Source: Candidatus Ratteibacteria bacterium (GTDB lineage Bacteria; Ratteibacteria; UBA8468; B48-G9; DTJG01). From it: 44,458 nt of DNA. Positions 36,641 to 44,458 of this stretch are shown here, piece after piece (within the stretch, counting starts at the first letter, position 1; each line of letters opens with the position of its first letter). The stretch lies in the NCBI GenBank assembly GCA_049971295.1, contig JBMFLH010000005.1, positions 1-44,458 on the forward strand, written 5' to 3'. The position numbers were made by a program, and so were the translations under genes. The notes below the pieces were generated by a model. The model was given only the letters and a program-made list of their open reading frames with translations. It was not told the DNA's origin and ran no database searches.

Positions 36641-37252
36641 ATGAAAATCATAGACCTGACACAAAAAATAACGAAGGATTTCAGAACAGACATTGTGAAT
36701 ATTATTCTGTCTGGCAGCAAATACCATGCATCTGTTCATCAATTTCATTTTTCTTCTATGGCAGGGACTTATATTGATTTTCCAGGCCATATCAAAGAGT
36801 TTGATGATGGGTTTGATTCATCAAATTATCCGATGGAAAAACTTTTTATGGTGGACGCCACTGTGATAAAACTTAATCGTTCAGGCAAAAAGAGGGAAAT
36901 ACACGCTGAAGAACTTGATGAGGCAGGTGTTGTGCTTGATACGCCATCTGTGATTGTTGATACCGGATGGAATGCGCTTAAAGAAAAAAATCAGGATGAG
37001 ATATATTTTTTTGAGAAGGATGCCATAACTTGGTTCATCTCAAAAAACATTTACCTTTTTATTTCAGATGTGTATGAAAATCATAAAGACCCGCGAGGGA
37101 TATTTGTTGAGTTTTTCAGAAAAGGAATTCTGACTGTTTGCAATCCTGTAAATCTTGAAAAAATTACGGCATCGAAAGTCAGACTTTGCATTTTCCCGCT
37201 CAGAATACCTGGTGCAACTCAGGTTCCATGTCGTATTGTTGCAGTCATTTGA
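36641..37252 (+). CDS. Cyclase (kynurenine formamidase-like) family protein with degenerate metal motif
   Basis: KIIDLT, MAGTYIDFPGH, DTGW, NLEKI and PLRI.GA...PCRIVA; ATG 36641. Confidence 0.8.
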   Translation: MKIIDLTQKITKDFRTDIVNIILSGSKYHASVHQFHFSSMAGTYIDFPGHIKEFDDGFDSSNYPMEKLFMVDATVIKLNRSGKKREIHAEELDEAGVVLDTPSVIVDTGWNALKEKNQDEIYFFEKDAITWFISKNIYLFISDVYENHKDPRGIFVEFFRKGILTVCNPVNLEKITASKVRLCIFPLRIPGATQVPCRIVAVI

Positions 37253-37525
37253 TTTGTTATTGCGGCAAGCTCGATACCACCCGCTTTTACGGCATCCTTA
37301 TTTTTCTATTAACTTGGTACTCAGATGCTGAACTGTCAATGATAATAAGATCCTTTGTGAGATTTTTTGAAGGATTTTGTAAGGTTTAAATTATGAGTTA
37401 GTATCGCGTTTGAAAAAATTCAGTAGGTTCTATTTTCCCGCTTTCTATTGCACGTTAAAGAATACCATCAAAAAAATTTTTGTCAACTTTTGATGTTTCT
37501 CCAAGAAAATGGTAAATTTTGAAAC

Positions 37526-39619
37526 ATGGAAAATCTTTTTTATCAAAACAGATACGGATTGTTTCTCTTATTGATGTGCTTTTTTTGTTTTTCTTCATTC
37601 TGTTATGCACAAACCATTGTATTTCCACAGCATCCGTCATTTTTATATACTGACTCAGAAATTCAAGAAATAAAAAGGGATGCAAACAAAAATTCTGAAA
37701 TACAAAGCAAAATCAAGAAGGCAGATGAAATTATCAGTCAACCACTGGTTGTTCCTGAAAAAGAAGGTGATTGGATTTTTTATTATTTCTGTCCTGCAGA
37801 TGATGCAATGTTGAAATGTGTGGAAACCGGTATTCACATATGCCCTGTCTGTAAAAAACAATTTACTGATGAGAGGACAAATGCCGCTTATAACACAGTG
37901 GTAAATTACAAACTTGATAAAGAATCAATAATCGTTGCGACCGCCTATGCATTTACAGGAAAAGAAAGGTATGCTCTCTGGGTAAAAGAATATCTCTTGA
38001 CACTTGCCAAACTTTATCCATCCTTTCAGAGACACGATAGATGGGGAAGAAAAGGTGTGCTTGCTGTTGTTGGTGGAAGAAGGTACGCGCAGAATCTTGA
38101 TGAAGCAGTGTCGGCAATAGACCTTGCATCAGCATACGACCTTGTTGCAAATGCATCCTGCATCTCTCAACAGGAAAGGTTAACAATTGAGCGATTGCTG
38201 AAAAATATTGTGAAGGAAATTTTAAAATACCAGATTTTCCATGGTGGTAGAAACAATCATCAGACCTGGTTTAATGCTGCCTATGCGGTCGTCGGTCTTG
38301 TAACTGGCGATGAGGTGTTGATGAAAGAAAGCATTTACGGTAAATATGGACTTCTGTGGCAGATTGAAAACAGCATTACATCTGACGGCTTATGGTACGA
38401 AGGAACAATTGCCTATCATTTTTATGCATTGCAGGCAATTCAGTATACGCTTGACGCAGCAAAAAGAGCTGGGCTTGATTTTTCAAAGAGTGAAAAACTG
38501 AAATCCATGTGGCTGGGACCAATTTTGATGGCATATCCTGATGGTAAACTTCCTGTATTTCACGACAGCGACCCAGCCGAAATCAAAAATTACAGACAAT
38601 TCTATCTCTGGGCATACAGATATTTCAAAGACAGTGTCTTTGCAAAGTATGCGGGTATTGAAAATCCTGGTGAAAAAATTACTGAACTGAAAAGTACAAA
38701 TCTTTCAGGAATTGGTGTTGTGGCATTGAGAAAAACATTCAACGATAATCAGGTGTGTATGATGCTTGATTATGGCATACATGGAGATAGCCATGGCCAC
38801 CCTGATAAACTGAATATTGTGTTATTTGCTAATGGTAAGGAGTTTCTTCTTGATTCAGGAAGGATTAGTTATAGTGTGCCTGAATATAAAAGCTGGTGCA
38901 GAACAACGATTGCCCATAACACAGTCGTTATTGATGAAAAAGACCAGCAGCCAGCCACAGGAAAATTGATTTACTTTGAAGACACAGATCAGTATAGTGC
39001 ATGCCTTGCCATGGTTGATTCTGCCTATCGTGGCTTTGTGTTGAAAAGATTTCTTGTTCTTGCAGAAAATTTGCTTGTGGATGTTTTTTCTGTTGAAGGA
39101 CAAACACAGGTTCAGATGGACTGGATTATACATTGTAGAGGAAATATTGTTGAAAATGCCCCTTCTGTAAAAGTAGAAAATCTGGGTAAAGAAAATGGAT
39201 ATCAACACTTAAAGGACATTAAACAACTGTCAATGGTTTTTGAACCAGTTGTTTATCAATTTGTTCAAAACGATAAATTCTTAAAGGTTTTTCTTGTTAG
39301 TAATGCGGATTGTTCAATTTTTACTGGTTGCGGAATTGGTTATCATCTTAAGGATAATGTGCCATTTGTGATGAAAAGAAAAAAAGGAAATTCAGCAGTG
39401 TTCATCACTGTTTATGATTTTTCAGGTGGTATCAAAGCAATAAATACAGTCCCTGTGTTAGACGAGAAAAATAGAAAATTGCCAGAATATCAAGCATTGG
39501 GCTTGAACATTGAGGTGGAGAATAAAATTATCGAAGTCGGGTTTGATTTAAGAGAAAAAACACAGCCAGTATTGTTCAGAAACAACAACTTTCAGAGAAT
39601 TTTTTTCAATGTGCGATAA
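37526..39619 (+). CDS. Secreted alginate lyase / heparinase II/III family polysaccharide lyase
   Basis: Signal peptide; QNLDEA, NNHQTW, DGLWYEG..YHFY, HGHPDKL and AHNTVVID (PL17/PL15-like architecture). Confidence 0.85.
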   Translation: MENLFYQNRYGLFLLLMCFFCFSSFCYAQTIVFPQHPSFLYTDSEIQEIKRDANKNSEIQSKIKKADEIISQPLVVPEKEGDWIFYYFCPADDAMLKCVETGIHICPVCKKQFTDERTNAAYNTVVNYKLDKESIIVATAYAFTGKERYALWVKEYLLTLAKLYPSFQRHDRWGRKGVLAVVGGRRYAQNLDEAVSAIDLASAYDLVANASCISQQERLTIERLLKNIVKEILKYQIFHGGRNNHQTWFNAAYAVVGLVTGDEVLMKESIYGKYGLLWQIENSITSDGLWYEGTIAYHFYALQAIQYTLDAAKRAGLDFSKSEKLKSMWLGPILMAYPDGKLPVFHDSDPAEIKNYRQFYLWAYRYFKDSVFAKYAGIENPGEKITELKSTNLSGIGVVALRKTFNDNQVCMMLDYGIHGDSHGHPDKLNIVLFANGKEFLLDSGRISYSVPEYKSWCRTTIAHNTVVIDEKDQQPATGKLIYFEDTDQYSACLAMVDSAYRGFVLKRFLVLAENLLVDVFSVEGQTQVQMDWIIHCRGNIVENAPSVKVENLGKENGYQHLKDIKQLSMVFEPVVYQFVQNDKFLKVFLVSNADCSIFTGCGIGYHLKDNVPFVMKRKKGNSAVFITVYDFSGGIKAINTVPVLDEKNRKLPEYQALGLNIEVENKIIEVGFDLREKTQPVLFRNNNFQRIFFNVR

Positions 39620-40676
39620 AGCCGCCGCCCACAACGATATCTCCGTCATAAAAAACCGCTGCCTGTCCTGGTGTAATTGCTCTTTGCGGCTCATCAAATA
39701 CCACAATCACGCGACGGTTTTCAAGTGGTGAAATAACTGAATGTGCTGCTTTGTGTTTGTATCTGATTTTCGTTTGAACCGCCAGTGGCTTTTCAAGCGA
39801 TTCAATTGCTATAAAGTGAACATTTTCTGCAATGAATTTATCTCTGTAAAGGTTTTTTTCTTCACCTACGACTATTTCATTATTTTCTGGTTTTATTTCA
39901 ATTACGTAGAGTGGTTTTTCGCCTGAAATCCCCAGTTTTCTTCTCTGCCCGATGGTGTAGTGAATAATTCCTCTATGTTTACCAATAACCTGACCATTTT
40001 TATCTTTAATGTTGCCTGGTTCCAACCCCTTTTCAAAAAGAAAAAATCTGTCACCCGAGATAAAGTCCTGACTCTCTTCTCTTTCAGAAATTTCAAGTCC
40101 GCATTTTTTAGCGATTTCTCTTACCTGGTGTTTTGTGTAATAACCCAGAGGAAAAATGATTTTTGAAAGTTGTTCCTGGGTCAGGAGAAAAAGAAAATAA
40201 CTCTGGTCTTTGTTTTCATCAATACCTTTTTTTAATATGTACCTTTTGCCATCAAATTCAACTCTTGCATAATGACCTGTTGCAAAATAATCATATTCAA
40301 TACCTGATTGCTGAACTTTTTCCAGCAGAATCTGAAACTTTATGAATCGATTACACACAACGCATGGATTTGGAGTTTTTCCAGATAGATACTCGTTTTT
40401 GAAATAATCAATAACATATTTGTGGAATTCCCTTTTCAGGTCAATAAAATGAATTTTTATTCCTGTTGTCTTACTGATTTTTTCAAGATTTTCAATTTCC
40501 TTGTCTTCTGGCCCATAGCACGATGATTTCATATTGCATTTTGCAGAATTTTTCTCATCCCACACCATCATAAAAACACCAGTGACATCATAACCCTGTT
40601 GTTTCAACAAAATCGCGCTGACAGTTGAATCAACTCCACCACTCATTCCAACGATTACTCTTTTTTTCTTTACCAT
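39606..40676 (-). CDS. mnmA: tRNA-specific 2-thiouridylase
   Basis: GMSGGVDS, TPNPCVVCN..IKF, ATGHYA, KDQSYFL, YTIGQRR, KIRY and ITPGQAAVFY. Confidence 0.95.
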   Translation of the reverse strand: MVKKKRVIVGMSGGVDSTVSAILLKQQGYDVTGVFMMVWDEKNSAKCNMKSSCYGPEDKEIENLEKISKTTGIKIHFIDLKREFHKYVIDYFKNEYLSGKTPNPCVVCNRFIKFQILLEKVQQSGIEYDYFATGHYARVEFDGKRYILKKGIDENKDQSYFLFLLTQEQLSKIIFPLGYYTKHQVREIAKKCGLEISEREESQDFISGDRFFLFEKGLEPGNIKDKNGQVIGKHRGIIHYTIGQRRKLGISGEKPLYVIEIKPENNEIVVGEEKNLYRDKFIAENVHFIAIESLEKPLAVQTKIRYKHKAAHSVISPLENRRVIVVFDEPQRAITPGQAAVFYDGDIVVGGGFIAH

Positions 40677-40691
40677 AAAAATCCCCACACA

Positions 40692-40741
40692 ATTATAATT
40701 TTTTTCAGACGCTTGACAAAATTTTACAAAATTGTTAACTT
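40692..40741. promoter_or_regulatory. Overlapping divergent promoters (mnmA / large secreted protein)
   Basis: Plus: TTGACA 40713-40718, N17, TG-n-TAACTT 40736-40741. Minus: TTGTCA 40719-40714, N16, TATAAT 40697-40692. Confidence 0.55.
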
Positions 40742-40765
40742 ACAACAAAATACAAAGGAGAAATT

Positions 40766-43700
40766 ATGAAAAGCAAGTTTTTCCTGGTAGGTGTCTTTCT
40801 TTGGATTTTATGCTCAATGTCTTTTACTGCCGATAATAATGGCATTGAAAAAATTCTTTGTTCAAAAATTGAAAACTGGACGATTTCAGGAACCAAATAT
40901 AACGTGATTACAAAGGACGATGTTCCAATTCTTGCCACTGCAAAAGATGGTTATGTTTCCATCACAGGGAAAGAAGTGTATCAGGTTCCCTGTGAATACA
41001 ATTTTTCTTTTTACCTCCAGCCAGAAAAACCCTATTCTTCAAGTATCAATATATCTGCTGGTTGCGCAGAACCTGCAGATAAAACAAAGCAGGAATTTAA
41101 TGCTTCAGTAAGTGCATCTGCAAATGCCAATTACATTAATTATACTTTCAGTATCAAACCAGAAACCGCCAAAGCAAAAAGCGGCCATTTGTATTTTCAG
41201 GCGATATCGTCTTCAGATATTAATTTATCCTGGCCCGAAGAAATAAGGAAGAATATTGAATGGATGATTGCGTCAGCGCCAAAAATTAATGAAACTTTGC
41301 ACACATTGAGGCTTGTAATTACAAAAACATATTACAGGGTTTATGTTGACGGAAGGTTTGTTGGTCAGTTCAGCATCAAAGAAGGTATTGATGGAAGTGG
41401 TACAGTAAAATTGACTATGTACTATGGGGCGAAACTTGTTGGTATGAAAATAAACAAAGTGACTGAAATAGATGAAAGATTTTTTCCGCTTGAGCTTACT
41501 GGGTTTGTGAATCGTTTCGCGGTCGTAAAAAGACATGGTCTTGCAAAAGGTGAAATTGAAAAACTGAAAGAGAAATTGAAAAATGAACAGGTTCCTTTTA
41601 TTGTACTTTCACCTCAAAAGGGCAATGATCACATAGACCTCGGCACAAGCTGGACGAAATTTGGGGCTATAAAGGGATACATTGCAGCAAACTTTGGCAC
41701 ATTTGGTGGAAGATGGATTTCAGCAGATAAAATAGATAGATCAAGATTCTGCATGTACGTCCCTTACGCAAGATATAAGGCGCTTCATATTATCGGTACC
41801 TTTGATGGGGAAACGTATAATGTTCCAGTGATCACTGCTCAGTTTTATAGGCCAAACGCAGGCCATCCAATGAATTTTGCTGGCAAGGTTCCTGAGTACC
41901 GGACAAAATCAGGTGCTGAAAAGGTGTATCCGGTAAAACTTTCAAACGGTCAAACAATAAATCTTTTTCATGTTGTGATCCCAATTGATCCTGGAGCAAT
42001 GGACTGGTTTTCAGACCTTGACAGGGTGGGTCTTGAACTGACAAAGGAAGTAAGACCATACAGGGCATATCCTGATCCGCTTGAATACAGCTGGCACGGT
42101 GCAGGGCTACCAAGTGGTGTGCATATTTATGCAGCAACACTTGAGGCAGTGCAAACAGATATAGCCATTCAACCAGATGCCATTGGTCATGTCTGGACAG
42201 CGCCGCTGAAACCATCTTACACGATAAGCGTCATCAATAAAACAAATACTCCGAAAAATGTTCAACTTATTGTTTCTACATCAGATTATGATGGGATAGA
42301 CAAGTCAGAGCAATTACAAACAATTTCTTTGCCATCTGACAAGAAACCCATAGTTGTAAAAATTCCATTAAATCCAAAAAGGTATGGTCTTCATTACCTG
42401 AATGTAAAATGTGTTTCAGAAAATGAAACTTATGTTTGCTCAAGAAATTTTGCCTATCTTCACCCTGATACAAGGGAAAGGGGAAACTGGAGTGAAGGGA
42501 AGGGACCGATTTTTGGTTACTGGAACTGGTCAGGAGGACATGATACACCTGATTTAAAAACAGAGTTGATTGTTATGGCTCAGGCAGGAGCAGAGACAAA
42601 TTTGCAGACATATAGAACAGCAAGTCCTGAAATAAGGGAACTGGCAGAAAAATTAGGATATGTATCTCATGCTGCATTCGATGGTGGTGTGATTTATGTC
42701 AACAGTTTTGCCTATGCAAATGCAAAATATTATGACCCCAAAAATCCAGAAGCAACGCAGAAATGGTTGATTGAAGAATTAAAAAAGTATAAGGTGGAAG
42801 AAAGTCCAATAAATAAGCCAGAATACATACTGTTTTTCCCTGAGCCAGGGATTGGTCCGATTACTTATGGTATCTGGCCCACGCACTACAATGAGCCGGA
42901 TTATCAGCTTTCTGAATCTGAACAAAAATCTTTTCAGGCGCAACTGGAAAAGTTTTTGCTTGGGGCAAAAGCCGTAAGAAATCAGTGGCCTGATGTAAAA
43001 ATTTTGCTACCCCACGGAGATCCGCACTATACTGCGTTATTTTTAAGATTCAGTCCTGAAGCAAGACAATTCATAGACGGAGTGGGACTGGATTTGCCTG
43101 GTTTTGAAAGAACACCTGAACAGCCTGTTCATCAGGTTGTTCTCAATCGGCTTTATCCAATATTGCAGGATATTAAGAAATACAAACCTGACTCATATCT
43201 TGTTGTTGTTGAAGGGACCTGTATTTCATCTGCCGATTATGATACAAGTTTTGAAGACCAGGCAAATATCGCAACAAGAAACTTTCTTGTTCTTATTGGT
43301 TATGGCATAAACAATCATGCAAGTTCAAACGCTCCTTTTGACTGTGCCAATTACTGGGGTGAAAACCATTATGGCGGCGGATATTGCAGCCGTCTTCCAC
43401 TTGCAATGCCAAAACTTGCATATGTTTCTTATGCGACTCTTACCCGTCACATCAACAGATGTAACTTTGTCAGATATGTGCCAACAGGAAGTACTTCAAC
43501 ATACTGCCAGGAATACCGTCATTACAAAACAGGAAAACTTGTTTATGTGTTATGGACTATAAGGGGTAAAAGACCTGTGACGATAAAACTTGATCCCGGA
43601 CAATCTGTTGAGGTGTATGATATCAATGACAATCCCATAACTTTGAAGGAAAAAAATGGAAGCGAGACATTCATTATTGGACAATCTCCTGTTTACCTTG

Positions 43701-44458
43701 AAGGATTGACAAAACCCATTGAACTTGTTCTTGGAGAACCAGATCACAGTGATAGTTTACCATCAAAAATTTCAGTGAAACTTGCAAACCTGGGTGATGG
43801 CACCTGGAAAATTTCAAAACTTCGTGATTTTGAATATGAAAATTCAAATAAACTTCAGATAGAAAGATTTCCTGGTGAAATGACTATCACGCAAGTGAAA
43901 ACTGAAAAAAAATTTGGCGCAAAAGCTCTGTCAGTTCATCTTGAAAAACAGTCAATCGACAGAAAAGTGATGCCATATTACACAACTGTTGTACCTGCAA
44001 AACCCATTACAATTCCAGGAAAAGCAGGTCATCTTGGCTTATGGGTAAAAGCAGCAAGCGACTGGGGCAGGGTGATTTATGTTTTAAGAGACGCAAAAGG
44101 TGAAAAGTGGATTAGCATTGGAACAAAAGATGACTGGAACAGCGATGACATAAGGACCGCAAGTTTCTTCTGTTTTGATGGTTGGAGATACATAAAATTT
44201 CAGTTGCCATCAAATGCGCCATACGATTGCTACAGGGAACGTGGAACAAGCTGGTGGGGAAATTATGGCGGCGATGGCATTGTGGACCTGCCTTTGAAAA
44301 TTGAAAAGATTATTATTGAAAGGCGCTCATCTGTAATTTATGGAAACACGCTGGTCCCTGCTAACAATGCGGATGTTCTTTTAGGTGACCTTTATGCAGA
44401 ATATGAAAATCAGTTTGACTCAACAGCAGAAGCAATCAATCTTTCAAAATTAAGAATG
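40766..44458 (+). CDS. Very large secreted protein, probable glycoside hydrolase-like (partial; runs off the window)
   Basis: AAGGAG RBS and ATG 40766; signal peptide MKSKFFLVGVFLWILCSMSFTA. Frame confirmed at several checkpoints (FFPEPG, PKLAYVSYATL); 1231 codons to the window end with no stop found, which explains its absence from the ORF track. Confidence 0.8.
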   Translation, partial: MKSKFFLVGVFLWILCSMSFTADNNGIEKILCSKIENWTISGTKYNVITKDDVPILATAKDGYVSITGKEVYQVPCEYNFSFYLQPEKPYSSSINISAGCAEPADKTKQEFNASVSASANANYINYTFSIKPETAKAKSGHLYFQAISSSDINLSWPEEIRKNIEWMIASAPKINETLHTLRLVITKTYYRVYVDGRFVGQFSIKEGIDGSGTVKLTMYYGAKLVGMKINKVTEIDERFFPLELTGFVNRFAVVKRHGLAKGEIEKLKEKLKNEQVPFIVLSPQKGNDHIDLGTSWTKFGAIKGYIAANFGTFGGRWISADKIDRSRFCMYVPYARYKALHIIGTFDGETYNVPVITAQFYRPNAGHPMNFAGKVPEYRTKSGAEKVYPVKLSNGQTINLFHVVIPIDPGAMDWFSDLDRVGLELTKEVRPYRAYPDPLEYSWHGAGLPSGVHIYAATLEAVQTDIAIQPDAIGHVWTAPLKPSYTISVINKTNTPKNVQLIVSTSDYDGIDKSEQLQTISLPSDKKPIVVKIPLNPKRYGLHYLNVKCVSENETYVCSRNFAYLHPDTRERGNWSEGKGPIFGYWNWSGGHDTPDLKTELIVMAQAGAETNLQTYRTASPEIRELAEKLGYVSHAAFDGGVIYVNSFAYANAKYYDPKNPEATQKWLIEELKKYKVEESPINKPEYILFFPEPGIGPITYGIWPTHYNEPDYQLSESEQKSFQAQLEKFLLGAKAVRNQWPDVKILLPHGDPHYTALFLRFSPEARQFIDGVGLDLPGFERTPEQPVHQVVLNRLYPILQDIKKYKPDSYLVVVEGTCISSADYDTSFEDQANIATRNFLVLIGYGINNHASSNAPFDCANYWGENHYGGGYCSRLPLAMPKLAYVSYATLTRHINRCNFVRYVPTGSTSTYCQEYRHYKTGKLVYVLWTIRGKRPVTIKLDPGQSVEVYDINDNPITLKEKNGSETFIIGQSPVYLEGLTKPIELVLGEPDHSDSLPSKISVKLANLGDGTWKISKLRDFEYENSNKLQIERFPGEMTITQVKTEKKFGAKALSVHLEKQSIDRKVMPYYTTVVPAKPITIPGKAGHLGLWVKAASDWGRVIYVLRDAKGEKWISIGTKDDWNSDDIRTASFFCFDGWRYIKFQLPSNAPYDCYRERGTSWWGNYGGDGIVDLPLKIEKIIIERRSSVIYGNTLVPANNADVLLGDLYAEYENQFDSTAEAINLSKLRM

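Noticed and set aside
37262..37360. Minus-strand VapC/PIN toxin remnant (LIIIDSSASEY...)
   Set aside because: Similarity is limited to ~10 residues with no start codon or antitoxin; BLASTx would be needed.
101..43747. Numerous short antisense or alternate-frame ORFs in the track (e.g. 5855..6349, 21824..22291, 41832..42215)
   Set aside because: They lie within well-supported genes, lack motifs and RBSs, and look like shadow ORFs.
1..44458. Genome-wide stop-codon reassignment (TAG or TGA)
   Set aside because: TAG cleanly ends intact genes (1845-1847, 8008-8010, 32151-32153) and TGA ends many, often in ATGA/TGATG overlaps; housekeeping genes have no internal stops.
1..44458. CRISPR array, rRNA, prophage or defence system
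   Set aside because: No regularly spaced repeats, rRNA-like sequence, or phage/defence protein motifs recognised by eye.

Overview
AT-rich bacterial chromosomal segment with no rRNA, CRISPR array or intact mobile element. The gene content (large secreted glycoside-hydrolase-like proteins, URO-D-like and Gfo/Idh/MocA proteins) suggests a carbohydrate-degrading, PVC-superphylum-like diderm; this taxonomy is a guess. It encodes sugar-metabolism genes (GH-A-like hydrolases, NagA-like deacetylase, FGGY kinase, PMM/PGM, fucose/arabinose isomerase, alginate lyase/heparinase II/III protein), an olsB-olsA-like ornithine-lipid pair, an NCS2 permease, a DUF2339/DUF3999-like pair, hisF, a Zn-ADH, YbaK, mnmA, tRNA-Thr(UGU), and a >1231-aa secreted protein that runs off the right end and is missing from the ORF track. 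Most notable: (i) a candidate structured sRNA with anti-SD CCUCC motifs at ~20.2-20.3 kb; (ii) an AAC(3)-acetyltransferase/degenerate TIM-barrel fusion followed by a cyclase-family protein lacking metal-binding histidines; (iii) an MnmA with an unusual cysteine set; (iv) a ~490-bp internally deleted IS3/IS150-like element truncating a GntR gene; (v) many broken genes, including a PAS-PAS-GGDEF gene with three in-frame stops and no frameshift. I cannot demonstrate a new multi-gene system from sequence alone; (i)-(iii) are the best leads. All family assignments come from motif recognition by eye, not database searches.
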